64,000 nucleotides of DNA from Candidatus Wolfebacteria bacterium GW2011_GWB1_47_1 (GCA_001029635.1 CP011209.1:683969-747968); one strand, 5' to 3'; numbered from the stretch's first letter, positions 17,271-26,594 are shown. Numbers and translations: made by a program. The notes: generated by a model not told the origin, from the sequence alone.

Positions 17271-18722
17271 TTAAATTTTCCCCAGATCGATCTCTTCATC
17301 AATGCGAATCTGCTTCACGAATTCGGGCATGTGACTTACAAGAATCATCGCACCCTCATATTTATCGAGTGCTTTTGCAATGATCGGCAAATGGCGGAAA
17401 TTGATATGATTCGTCGGCTCGTCAAGAATCAACAGCCCTGGCTTCATTAATAAGAATCGGGCGAATGACAACAGACCCTTTTGCCCCTCGGATAGCGCCC
17501 CAACCTTCGTTGCAAGCAACTCTCCAGTGATTAAAAATCGGGCCGCTGCCGCACGCACATCCTGATCGGTCGCATCCTTGGCCACATCCCTCAATACATC
17601 ATATGCGGTCGCATCAAAATCAAGTGTTGAAAAATCTTGCCGATAGTACCCTACAATCGTGTCGCTTTCGATCTTTGCCCCCTTTGCCGTGCCGTTATAC
17701 AACGACTCCAACAATGTACTCTTTCCGATGCCGTTTGGCCCAGAAATAAGCAAGTGCATCTTCTTGCGCAGTACCAGGTCGAACTTTTTTTCTACCGGCT
17801 TATGACCCTTCACTATACCCACTGATTCAAAGCGCACCGCTGGATGTGAGATGTCCTGATTTTCAATAGTAAAATTAGGAATTGTCTTATCCTCCTGCCG
17901 CACATCAACCTTATCCTCCTCCAGCTCTTCAATCTTTTCCTTCATCGTTGCGGCAACGTTGCGCAACTTGCCTCCTTTTTGCGCAAAGAAGTTTGCCTGC
18001 TCCTTGCGGTTCGCAATGTCCTTTTCCAATCGTGCATTCTGACTGCGCTCTCGCTCCAACCGACGCTTGATCTCTTCCACCACCTTGTGATAGTTGCCGA
18101 CGTACTGCTCAACCTTCTTCGTGAATGAGTCTAGGTAGAGAACGCCATCGGAGAATGCGTTCAAAAAGTCCGCATCATGAGAAATGACAAGTAGTGTCTT
18201 ATCATACTCCTTTAGATAATTTGTCAGATGCGCGATACCCGCCTTGTCCAAATTGTTAGTCGGCTCATCCAGTAACAGGATATCAGGCTTTTGAATGAGT
18301 GCAGATGCCAGTAACAAGCGTGCCTGCTGCCCTCCTGAAAACGTCTTCATGAGTCGATCGGTCGGCGCGTGCAGATTAACGACGTCCAAAATCTCGGCTA
18401 TCTTCGGATCAATGTCATACACCTTTCGATCAAACATACTCTCAAAAAACTCCTTTACGGTCATTTCCAGTTGTTCGCGAGCCAATACCTGCTTCGCGAT
18501 TGCAATCGAAGCATCCTTTTCGATAACCACCGCGCCATCCAATGGCTCTATCTCTCCGGTAAGCAGCTTAAATAGGGTGCTCTTTCCCGCACCATTCTGC
18601 CCCATAATGGTCACCTTCATCCCCTCTCGCACCGAAAAATCCACCTCATTTAATAGCGGGCGGTTATGGCGGTATCCGAAGGTTACTTCGTTGAATCTGA
18701 TTATTACGTTGCCGTGTGCCAT
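17271..18722 (-). CDS. ABC-F family ATPase (ribosome associated)
   Basis: Two ABC cassettes (GQNGAGKST/FSGGQ/LLLDEPTNNLD and GPNGIGKST/LSEGQ/ILDEPTNH), no TM; likely start MAHGN at 18722. Confidence 0.93.
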   Translation of the reverse strand: MAHGNVIIRFNEVTFGYRHNRPLLNEVDFSVREGMKVTIMGQNGAGKSTLFKLLTGEIEPLDGAVVIEKDASIAIAKQVLAREQLEMTVKEFFESMFDRKVYDIDPKIAEILDVVNLHAPTDRLMKTFSGGQQARLLLASALIQKPDILLLDEPTNNLDKAGIAHLTNYLKEYDKTLLVISHDADFLNAFSDGVLYLDSFTKKVEQYVGNYHKVVEEIKRRLERERSQNARLEKDIANRKEQANFFAQKGGKLRNVAATMKEKIEELEEDKVDVRQEDKTIPNFTIENQDISHPAVRFESVGIVKGHKPVEKKFDLVLRKKMHLLISGPNGIGKSTLLESLYNGTAKGAKIESDTIVGYYRQDFSTLDFDATAYDVLRDVAKDATDQDVRAAAARFLITGELLATKVGALSEGQKGLLSFARFLLMKPGLLILDEPTNHINFRHLPIIAKALDKYEGAMILVSHMPEFVKQIRIDEEIDLGKI

Positions 18723-18740
18723 TTTTATAACACGTACTAT

Positions 18741-18879
18741 CGGCAAATTACTTCGTTGCGGGTCCCTGTTGTCTCGGTCATCGTACAATCAGCACGACTT
18801 CCTCGATAACTCTCCCGCACCTCGTACTTCGCTCAATAGCACGTGTTCTGATTTGCGTAAATAAAACGGCTATTTGCCG
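18741..18879. other. Palindromic intergenic element upstream of the ABC-F gene
   Basis: Bounded by inverted CGGCAAAT/ATTTGCCG, with internal TGCGGG/CCCGCA pairing. Confidence 0.4.
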
Positions 18880-18977
18880 TACCATACATATACTATAGCA
18901 TACTTTATTTAATTTGACAATAACTATTTTGTATCGCAGAATATAGACAGATTTTTATCACTCTTCTGGAGGTACGT

Positions 18978-19346
18978 ATGATCGTTCTCGCAAAGCAGGC
19001 TCCCGTGCTCGTTCTTGAGACGGCAATACTCGCAGACATCGAATCACATCGCACCCGCAGTGCTACCCGTGGCACGTTACTTCTTCCTGTGGTCAGAAAC
19101 AATGCACCCGTCCCGGGAGCATTCCGCGTCGCCTGGGAATACCGGAACGATGAGCTGACTCCGACCTTCCTTGAACTGATGTCCGGCAACATCCTGGGGG
19201 ATGTCGCCATGCTGCCCAAGGGTACGCGCGTTCCCTATACGCTCTTCATGTACTCCGAGGTCTTTCATCGCAGCCATCAAGACCAGCTCCAATTCGGGCA
19301 TACTGCCTATGCGCTCATCCAAAAACTTACCGCTGCGCGGAAGTGA
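18978..19346 (+). CDS. Hypothetical protein
   Basis: 122-aa ORF with GGAGG at 18968, TTGACA-N17-CAGAAT upstream and its own terminator. Confidence 0.7.
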   Translation: MIVLAKQAPVLVLETAILADIESHRTRSATRGTLLLPVVRNNAPVPGAFRVAWEYRNDELTPTFLELMSGNILGDVAMLPKGTRVPYTLFMYSEVFHRSHQDQLQFGHTAYALIQKLTAARK

Positions 19347-19358
19347 TCCTTCCATAAA

Positions 19359-19383
19359 CCGGCACTCTTGTGCCGGCTTTTTT
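19359..19383 (+). terminator. Intrinsic terminator
   Basis: CCGGCAC-TCTT-GTGCCGG followed by a T run. Confidence 0.75.
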
Positions 19384-19442
19384 GCGTATAAAAAAACGGA
19401 CAACCTTTTAGAAGTGTTGTCCGTTGTTCGTATCCGATGTTT

Positions 19443-20504
19443 TTACTGCCACATCGTATATGGGAATTGATCCATAAGCTCTCCCGAAAAGTAAAATTCG
19501 TATCCGATCGATCCGAAGCTGTATTTCCTGTCGACAATCGTGATCATCGCTCCGCCGACCGCAGGGTCTGGCTTTGGCTTCGAGCGATCAAATCCGATGT
19601 TATACAGCGTTGCCAATATGTCAGGCCGATGAGATATATCATACCCCGCCACTTCCCACTGTCGCGTCACCTGCCGCACATACAGCGCGGCATAGAGATA
19701 TGCATAGTAGTGATCCTTCGCGGTGATGCGCTTGAATCGCGCTTCCTCGACATCCTCATCCGAATCAAAGTCTAGTAGGTGTTCATATTGCTCTCCGAGC
19801 CAGAACGACGACTGCCTATTCTTCAGATTCTCTTCGATCCTGATCGCCGTTTCCTCCTTGACGCCTGTTACCCCCCATGAGAACTTCGTTTCGTTTCCCA
19901 GCATCCGGAGTGGCGCAAAGAATCGCTTGTACACCTCGCGACTTGAATTAAACAACCGCAATTGCTCCGCAACGAGTTGCGTAACGATCAGCCTCGGTTC
20001 TACGTCTGCTTCCCGGGCAACCCGCTCGATAATCAGCTCATCCTTTACAATCGCATCCCGAAATACTACCCAGTCCTCGGTCTGCATCCATGGAAACACT
20101 GTCTCTAAATCGCCAGCGGCACCGTGCGGCATTCCTCCTGACTCGCATTGCGCAAGGATGGACCGTATCGGTTTCCCCTCGTCTTCAAGACGCAGTACTA
20201 CAGCTTCTATCATGAATTCGGCCAACGCTTTTGAGTCCGTCTGCCGGTAGGCATTTCCTATCATCTCTGTATTGTATCTGGCATGCGATCCCAGAGCATC
20301 AATTTTACATTGCACAACATCAATCTGCTTTTTCTGCACGGGAATTTCCTTTACCCTCCTCGCAACCTGACGAAACGCATCATTGTGCAGGTCCACCGCT
20401 CCGGCCACGTTCGTCCACTTCCACTTGACCGCGAAAAATCCTGCAGTCTGCACTATAAGTACCAACGCCATCACAATCCCAAATCCGATGCCAATCTTCT
20501 TCAT
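19443..20504 (-). CDS. Membrane-anchored hypothetical protein, possibly with a lysozyme-like C-terminal domain
   Basis: N-terminal TM; AEQLRLF...SWGVTGVK...ILATLYNIG resembles lytic-transglycosylase-like motifs (inference). Confidence 0.7.
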   Translation of the reverse strand: MKKIGIGFGIVMALVLIVQTAGFFAVKWKWTNVAGAVDLHNDAFRQVARRVKEIPVQKKQIDVVQCKIDALGSHARYNTEMIGNAYRQTDSKALAEFMIEAVVLRLEDEGKPIRSILAQCESGGMPHGAAGDLETVFPWMQTEDWVVFRDAIVKDELIIERVAREADVEPRLIVTQLVAEQLRLFNSSREVYKRFFAPLRMLGNETKFSWGVTGVKEETAIRIEENLKNRQSSFWLGEQYEHLLDFDSDEDVEEARFKRITAKDHYYAYLYAALYVRQVTRQWEVAGYDISHRPDILATLYNIGFDRSKPKPDPAVGGAMITIVDRKYSFGSIGYEFYFSGELMDQFPYTMWQ

Positions 20505-20564
20505 ATTATTTATCTCCTCGTGTGTTATAGCATGTCAGTATACCGTATTCGTGTGCGCATGAAA

Positions 20565-20588
20565 ACGGCGACCCGTGAGGGTCGCCGT
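20565..20588 (-). terminator. Intrinsic terminator
   Basis: ACGGCGACCC-GTGA-GGGTCGCCGT with a U tract on the minus strand. Confidence 0.7.
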
Positions 20589-20611
20589 CAAGTTATGCGA
20601 GCGACAAGCCG

Positions 20612-20908
20612 CTAGCCTCTCTGAGCACGAGCCATTGCCGCCGCCGTCTCTTCCCCGGTGCGCTTGGCATGCGCCACCAGAATCTCGCTACGGAAGGCCC
20701 ATATGGCCGGCGCCGTCGCCAGGAACCAGAGGAACATGCTCAGCGGGATAATGACGAAGGTTAACAACGCTCCCGTATACAGCGCCCCGCTGATCACGAA
20801 GGCGACCCACCGGCCGCGCATGGCGTAGTAGATCGGTGCCAGAAAGAATATCAGCACATACAGCCCGATGCCCGGGATCTCTGTTCTCTGCTCTTCTGCG
20901 TACCGCAT
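20612..20908 (-). CDS. Small hypothetical membrane protein
   Basis: 98 aa, hydrophobic, AGGAG upstream, terminator downstream. Confidence 0.7.
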   Translation of the reverse strand: MRYAEEQRTEIPGIGLYVLIFFLAPIYYAMRGRWVAFVISGALYTGALLTFVIIPLSMFLWFLATAPAIWAFRSEILVAHAKRTGEETAAAMARAQRG

Positions 20909-21042
20909 TGTTTTCTCTCCTTTTTGGTTACCTGCACTCGTAAAATATCACTCCAGCTTCTTCTTCCGTCTCCTTATATATTTTTTAACCCATCAGTCTG
21001 ACCAAAGATTGCCATAATACTACTATAATGTCAATCCTTTCC

Positions 21043-21489
21043 TTATCTCACTTCAAGACGTTCCACGATGACGACCCCTCCTCCGGTTAGTGCTCCCATA
21101 ACCATTACCCGGTTCCCCTGTTCTATTTCCGCAGTATTACAAAACCCTTCATTCCCTCTAATCACGCATCTACTGTTCGTCGTGAAGATGAGCCCTTTTG
21201 TTAGTGCCGACTCCCCCGGTCGTTCATAGATTAAGACCCATATATCTTCCTCCACATCTCCCGTTGCCATATTCTTGATATTCCCTATTTGCTCAAAACC
21301 ATATACCGAGACAGTTTTTTTCTGCGCGATGGCGGGCTGATCAAGTTCCAGTTGTCCAACCAATTCGATGGCATCCAAACCTCTTTGATACATGACCCCG
21401 ATATACATACCCAGTAGCAATATTCCAACACCCAAAATTACCGCAGCCACTTTTGAATACCACGTAACCTTGTTCCATTCTATTTTCAT
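21043..21489 (-). CDS. Hypothetical membrane-anchored protein
   Basis: WNKVTWYSK followed by a TM helix and a soluble domain with a Cys pair. Confidence 0.7.
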   Translation of the reverse strand: MKIEWNKVTWYSKVAAVILGVGILLLGMYIGVMYQRGLDAIELVGQLELDQPAIAQKKTVSVYGFEQIGNIKNMATGDVEEDIWVLIYERPGESALTKGLIFTTNSRCVIRGNEGFCNTAEIEQGNRVMVMGALTGGGVVIVERLEVR

Positions 21490-21501
21490 ATATGCATTAT
21501 A

Positions 21502-22077
21502 TTATCGTGCGATAGCGCGCCGTATCGCGTTGGTGAATAATCTATATAAGCCCGCATCCTCCCGTAGCGCATCGCGGAGCTTCCTACTTATTTCTATTTC
21601 AACGCCTCCTCCTAACAATCCCCTATTGCAGATGTTTCGTGCGTCGCCCGGATGGAATATCTCCTCAAACGGTCGTACTTCGATATCTATGTCTCCAATA
21701 TTTCTCGCGATCCGTTCTGCTAGCCCTCGATTTAATCCACCTATCATCACAAATTCGTGTTCGGTATTGCGGTGCCCATGCACTGATACGATCGTCTCAG
21801 CCCCCAGTGCCATATCCTGCGCCCGTGGTTCATCGAAGTACATACTTCCGATATGCAGTTCTTTATTGTTATGCGCCCGCACTCCTTCAAACAAATACAA
21901 TCCGTATTCATTCCCTGCGATAGCCGTTGCTATCTCTGTGGTAAATGGTTCAATATTTCCACCATGAATAGCCATGATCAGTATCGATTCGTTCTTCTTT
22001 TGTGCCGTTATTCTAAAATCGACCCCTTCTTGCATATGCGCTGCAAGGTTGGCGAATGTCATAAAAGTATCTATCAT
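21502..22077 (-). CDS. Poly-gamma-glutamate hydrolase family protein (YmaC/PghB-like, DUF867)
   Basis: AIHGGNIEP.T.EIA, LHIGS..FDEP, VSVHG, NICNRG...GVEIEIS. Confidence 0.85.
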   Translation of the reverse strand: MIDTFMTFANLAAHMQEGVDFRITAQKKNESILIMAIHGGNIEPFTTEIATAIAGNEYGLYLFEGVRAHNNKELHIGSMYFDEPRAQDMALGAETIVSVHGHRNTEHEFVMIGGLNRGLAERIARNIGDIDIEVRPFEEIFHPGDARNICNRGLLGGGVEIEISRKLRDALREDAGLYRLFTNAIRRAIAR

Positions 22078-22166
22078 ATATATTCAGTATACTGCGTAAA
22101 GCGTATCCACGCCACGCGGCAAGTCCGATTTTGACTTCATCAACATAATCCCGTACATTTTTATCA

Positions 22167-22730
22167 ATGACCACCCCCGCTCAAAAACCAACGCTTGTAC
22201 TGCATATTTGTTGTGCCATCTGTGGAGCCTATCTCTCCGAGCTACTCAAAGATCGTTTCGAGATCATTTACTACTATTACAACCCAAACATCCATCCCGA
22301 GGAAGAATATATGAAACGCAGGGAATCCGTGCAGAAGCTTGCCACTATCTACCAGTCTGAATTCATCGAAGGCGACTACGAAACCCAGGAATGGTACAGT
22401 ACTATAGCCGGCTTTGAAGGAGAGCCTGAGGGAGGTAAACGTTGCCCATTATGCTTCCGTATGCGTCTTGCCAAAACTGCACAACTTGCGATCGCAGAAG
22501 GTGCAACTCATTTCACTACGACCCTTGCAACTAGCCCCTACAAGAACGAGGACATCATCGGTGCTATTGGTACTGAGATTGCACAAGACCTTAGACTCAC
22601 ATTCCTGACTGTTACCGATTTTGGAGAATCAAAAAAGGATATTTGGGCAAAGACTCGCACGCTTGCCAAAGATCATGACTTTTATCACCAAAACTATTGC
22701 GGATGCACCTTTAGTATCTGGAAAAAATAA
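22167..22730 (+). CDS. queH: Epoxyqueuosine reductase QueH (DUF208)
   Basis: LHICCAIC, YNPNIHP.EEY, EGGKRCPLCF.MRL, FTTTL..SPYK, YHQNYCGC.FS. Confidence 0.9.
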   Translation: MTTPAQKPTLVLHICCAICGAYLSELLKDRFEIIYYYYNPNIHPEEEYMKRRESVQKLATIYQSEFIEGDYETQEWYSTIAGFEGEPEGGKRCPLCFRMRLAKTAQLAIAEGATHFTTTLATSPYKNEDIIGAIGTEIAQDLRLTFLTVTDFGESKKDIWAKTRTLAKDHDFYHQNYCGCTFSIWKK

Positions 22731-22747
22731 AACCGACATAACTGGTT

Positions 22748-23386
22748 TTATTTTTTCTCATCTTTAAATACTATGTACGAGTAGACGACCGTTGCGGCGG
22801 TACTCGCAAGGATCGGGACGATTATGAACCACATCACTGCCCCAGGGAATGCTATTCCTAATAGCGTCACCGCTCCCGACAGCTTGAACAATTTACTTCC
22901 CAGGATGTGCGTCCTGCCCCAGACCACATCGCTGGTCATTGTCCATGGTGTACGGATACCAACAAACCAATTTCGTTTTATATCCTTAATCAACACTCCG
23001 ATACCATAGAACATTCCTGCGAGCGCGGGTAAGAGAGCGGTTGTCATCGAAAATCGCACCCCTTTGCTCCATAGGATGGTCAGCGCAAACACATATAGCA
23101 TAAATGCGCCGAGCAGCAATATAAACCCCTCATATTTATCCCTAAACGTCTCTATATTTTTCTTCAATGGATCGATCTTCGGGATCAACACGAACGTTCC
23201 CTGTATAGCGATCATGATCACTGGCAGAAGAAACAACGCAAGGGCCTTTCCGGAATATCCGTCCGCAATACCCGCGGCATTCCAATGGGTAGCCATACGA
23301 TCCGACATCTCGTCATAGAGCACCAGTGCTGCGACCCACGCAGCCCCGATCAACATCCACGCCACTATACCCTTCTTTGTTTTCAT
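22748..23386 (-). CDS. SdpI/DUF1648 family membrane protein
   Basis: ATHWNAAGIADG, PKIDP, KRNWFVGIRTPWT..S..VW..TH; likely start MKTKK at 23386. Confidence 0.9.
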   Translation of the reverse strand: MKTKKGIVAWMLIGAAWVAALVLYDEMSDRMATHWNAAGIADGYSGKALALFLLPVIMIAIQGTFVLIPKIDPLKKNIETFRDKYEGFILLLGAFMLYVFALTILWSKGVRFSMTTALLPALAGMFYGIGVLIKDIKRNWFVGIRTPWTMTSDVVWGRTHILGSKLFKLSGAVTLLGIAFPGAVMWFIIVPILASTAATVVYSYIVFKDEKK

Positions 23387-23418
23387 ATGTATACAGTATA
23401 CCATATATACCGCCACGC

Positions 23419-23447
23419 TTGACATCATCATTGTTATATGCAATACT
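23419..23447 (+). promoter_or_regulatory. Sigma70-like promoter for the candidate sRNA
   Basis: TTGACA at 23419, 17-bp spacer ending TGC, then AATACT. Confidence 0.5.
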
Positions 23448-23452
23448 ACTCC

Positions 23453-23553
23453 TACGTAGCAGCAAAAAGGCAGTTTGCAAGTCGCAAGATGAGTAGAAAG
23501 TTTCTAGCTGCTACGTATGCAGAGCACCTCTTCGGAGGTGTTTTGCATACGTA
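23453..23553 (+). ncRNA. Candidate small structured RNA
   Basis: 11-bp closing stem TACGTAGCAGC/GCTGCTACGTA, a GCAA loop, then a cUUCGg hairpin whose G-U pairs form only on the + strand. Confidence 0.45.
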
Positions 23554-23580
23554 CTCCATTTTTAACCGCCCGAAGAAACG

Positions 23581-23610
23581 AAAACGACCCACCGTAGTGG
23601 GTCATTTTTT
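23581..23610. terminator. Terminator downstream of the DEAD-box helicase
   Basis: AAAA-CGACCCAC-CGTA-GTGGGTCA-TTTTTT. Confidence 0.7.
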
Positions 23611-23625
23611 GCGTCTTAGTTGATC

Positions 23626-25152
23626 TCATCGGTCAGACTTACCGGCGCTTTTGCGCGGCTTCTTGCCGAACATGCGTCCATGCGAAGATCCTCCTCGGTC
23701 ACTCTTTTTGCCGGCTCCCCGTTGGACCGACTTGCGCCGTTCTTCGCGGTTTCCCGAAGTCATCACACGCTCTCGCGGTGATCGCTCTCCGGTCGCAGCC
23801 GCAGTCGCAGCTGATGCCGACACTCCTCCCGTGAATCGTCGCGCCGGCGCTGCGCTTACGCGCGGATCCCGTGTTTCGAACATCGGTTTTCGTGGAGTAA
23901 ATCCTCCGCTGCGATCGTTGCTTCGACCGAAGGGTCGACGATCTCCTCCCCGCGATCCTCCACTAAAACGACTCCCGCGTGATTCCTCTTGTTCCTCTTC
24001 TTCCCGGAATGCCGGCGCACGATGCGGCGGCAATGTCGGCAATGGTGATGTGCCGATTTGTGAATTCACTAAGCGTTCGATCGTTCGAACCTTGAATCGT
24101 TGGTCAGGCGCTGCAAATGAAATTGCGCGTCCTTTTGCCCCTGCACGGCCGGTTCGGCCAATACGGTGCACGTAATCTTCCGGACTATCCGGGAGATCGT
24201 AATTTATGACCAATTCGATACCGGTCACGTCAATACCGCGTGCCGCAATATCCGTCGCAACAAGCGTTCTGTACTTACCTATCTTAAATCCGAGCAATGC
24301 CTCCTTTCTCTGTGACAATGACTTGTCCGAGTGAATTTCTGCGGCAGTGTGCCCCATGCGCTTTATCGCGCGACAGATCTTCGTCGCGCCATGACGCGTG
24401 CGCGAGAATACCAATACGGTTCCCTGATATTTCTCGAGTAACGCCTCAAGCAACCGATCCTTATCATCCTTTCGTACGATGAACATTTCTTGTATCACGT
24501 TCTCGGCCGTCGTGCCTGGGCGTGCCATTTCGACACGTACCGGCATCTGCATATGGCGCTCGGCTATCTTTACGATATCCGTCGGCATTGTTGCAGAGAA
24601 AAGCAATGTCTGGCGAACCTTCGGTAATGCTTCCAAAATCTTATTGATCTGCGGAGCAAATCCCATGTCGAGCATGCGGTCCGCTTCATCGAGTACCAAT
24701 GTATTCACATCGGTCAATCGCAAGGTTCGCTGGTTCATGTGATCGATAAATCGCCCTGGCGTCGCAACAATGATGTGCGGGTTCCTTCGCAGTAGTTTCT
24801 TCTGCGCTTCAATAGATGCACCGCCAATCAAAACGGCAGTGTACAATCCGAGATCGCGGCCAATGGCTTGTATTTGTTCGTCTACCTGCAATGCAAGTTC
24901 GCGGGTCGGAACCAGGATAACACCCTGACTATTTCCTGCGGCAAGACGCTGGATCATCGGGATTCCAAATGCAAGCGTCTTTCCTGTCCCTGTCTGCGCG
25001 ATGCCGATCATGTCCTTGCCGCTTATGGCAACCGGAATAGCCTCGTGCTGAATCGGGGTTGGTACTGTGAATTTTTTCTTATCGAGAATCTCAAGGAGCT
25101 TCGGTGCAATGCCGAGTCCGTAAAAACCCTCGATGGGTTTTTTTGTTGTCAT
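23626..25152 (-). CDS. DEAD-box RNA helicase (RhlE-like) with a basic disordered tail
   Basis: PTPIQ, AQTGTGKT, PTRELA, ATPGR, DEAD, SAT, ARGID, HRIGRTGRAG. Confidence 0.96.
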   Translation of the reverse strand: MTTKKPIEGFYGLGIAPKLLEILDKKKFTVPTPIQHEAIPVAISGKDMIGIAQTGTGKTLAFGIPMIQRLAAGNSQGVILVPTRELALQVDEQIQAIGRDLGLYTAVLIGGASIEAQKKLLRRNPHIIVATPGRFIDHMNQRTLRLTDVNTLVLDEADRMLDMGFAPQINKILEALPKVRQTLLFSATMPTDIVKIAERHMQMPVRVEMARPGTTAENVIQEMFIVRKDDKDRLLEALLEKYQGTVLVFSRTRHGATKICRAIKRMGHTAAEIHSDKSLSQRKEALLGFKIGKYRTLVATDIAARGIDVTGIELVINYDLPDSPEDYVHRIGRTGRAGAKGRAISFAAPDQRFKVRTIERLVNSQIGTSPLPTLPPHRAPAFREEEEQEESRGSRFSGGSRGGDRRPFGRSNDRSGGFTPRKPMFETRDPRVSAAPARRFTGGVSASAATAAATGERSPRERVMTSGNREERRKSVQRGAGKKSDRGGSSHGRMFGKKPRKSAGKSDR

Positions 25153-25300
25153 ATGTGATTATGTGATTCCTTATAGCAACTCGAATCACATAGCAATAAC
25201 ATGACAAGAAGTTCATTCGCCTACGGTGCCCGTACCTACGGGTGGCGATAAGGAATCCGTCGGCGTCTTTCGAGACCGACCTGATTAAATTGAACTGACG
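25153..25300 (-). promoter_or_regulatory. Structured 5' leader of the helicase (candidate cis-regulatory RNA)
   Basis: GAAA-capped stem GTCGG..CCGAC, nested TCGCC/GGCGA and CCCGTA/TACGGG stems, and two mutually exclusive 10-bp pairings. Confidence 0.55.
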
Positions 25301-25304
25301 ATTC

Positions 25305-25333
25305 ACTATACAATATACTCTTTCTCATGTCAA
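25305..25333 (-). promoter_or_regulatory. Sigma70 promoter of the helicase
   Basis: TTGACA-N17-TATAGT on the minus strand. Confidence 0.75.
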
Positions 25334-25407
25334 CTTAATAAAAGCCCCTTATATACAAGGGGCTTCGTGTTCCCAAAGGAATCCTTCCGTTGTCCAGAGG
25401 GCCACAA

Positions 25408-26214
25408 TTATGTATCGACTAGCAATTCCTTGAGTGTTACCAGACGATATCCTTTGCTTTTTGCATATTGCACCATCTCCTCAAGCTGTCCAACGTCTGC
25501 CTTTCGCGTGTGATACAAATATATCATACCTGGCGAGAGTGTCGTCCGAAAATACCGTTGCACCTCTTCCCCACTACTCTGTTTGCCTCCAATAAATAGC
25601 GAATCGCCCGACCACATGGCAATATCAATCGGGACTCCATTATAGATCCCTAGTCGTTCAACCGCTCTCCGATATGAGGGCATGCATCCGCTTTTTTCGT
25701 AGCCAAATACGCCACTTCCACATGGCGGTCGAACGTACGAAAATGTGACCGCTTCTCCCAACACACTGCGTAGCGTTTCGATATTTTTTCGATAGGCATC
25801 ATACTGCCCTTCCTCGCTCATCTTGGTCATCTGCGTGTGCGATTGCGTGTGTAATTCGATCTCGTGCCCAAAGGCATAGATCTCCTTCCACATCTTAGGA
25901 TACTGACTTACCGCGTTGCCGGTCGGAAAGAAGGTGAATTTCACGTCATTTCTTATTGCCACTTCATGGGCTTTTTCCAGTAATGCTCCACTATAGCAAT
26001 CGTCGATCGTGATCGCTATTACCGGCTGCGCAGTCTTCTTACTCCAGACTACTTGGACCTTGATCGGTCCTACGGGCACCGTCTTTTCGATGACCGCCCC
26101 TTTAGACTCTTCAAGAGTTACCTGTGGCGCATGGGGTATACCGTTATCGATTTGTGCACCACTTGCCAGCCTAGCCATCCCAATCACCATAATACCAATA
26201 GCTATCCGTACCAT
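25408..26214 (-). CDS. Secreted polysaccharide deacetylase (NodB/CE4 family)
   Basis: IAITIDD, FTFFPTG, GHEIELHTQSH, VRPPCG, IYLYH, GYRLVTLKEL; start MVRI after GGGAGG. Confidence 0.85.
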   Translation of the reverse strand: MVRIAIGIMVIGMARLASGAQIDNGIPHAPQVTLEESKGAVIEKTVPVGPIKVQVVWSKKTAQPVIAITIDDCYSGALLEKAHEVAIRNDVKFTFFPTGNAVSQYPKMWKEIYAFGHEIELHTQSHTQMTKMSEEGQYDAYRKNIETLRSVLGEAVTFSYVRPPCGSGVFGYEKSGCMPSYRRAVERLGIYNGVPIDIAMWSGDSLFIGGKQSSGEEVQRYFRTTLSPGMIYLYHTRKADVGQLEEMVQYAKSKGYRLVTLKELLVDT

Positions 26215-26305
26215 CTCTTCCTCCCTGGTTGTAAAAAATAATCCCTCGTGGAGATCCATCTTGGATTATTTAAAGCTATTATCATATCCCTGTCAAATCA
26301 TACTC

Positions 26306-26587
26306 AACCAACGCATATTTCGGACAAAAGATTAGCGTCATAGCAGGCGATACTATTTGCCACCACATTCACCCTTCCCGGTTCTTGGGAAAAGACATGC
26401 GGGCGGAAACATACACCATAGTAACGGAACATGGTTGTCATCCCGTGCTCCGACACGGGATCCAGGTTCACAACCCTAAAACTATTTTTCCACAACAATG
26501 CTGGATACCGGCCTCCGCCGATATGACAATGTAACCGGAGCCCTATTAGGGTATCGTAAATTACTTTGGCCGAAATGTGCGTTGGTT
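26306..26587. mobile_element. MITE-like element with 23-bp terminal inverted repeats enclosing a REP doublet
   Basis: AACCAACGCATATTTCGGACAAA versus TTTGGCCGAAATGTGCGTTGGTT (21/23); internal TTGTCATCCCGTG..CACGGGATCCAG and CTGGATACCGGC..GCCGATATGACAA. Confidence 0.65.
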
Positions 26588-26594
26588 ATACAAA

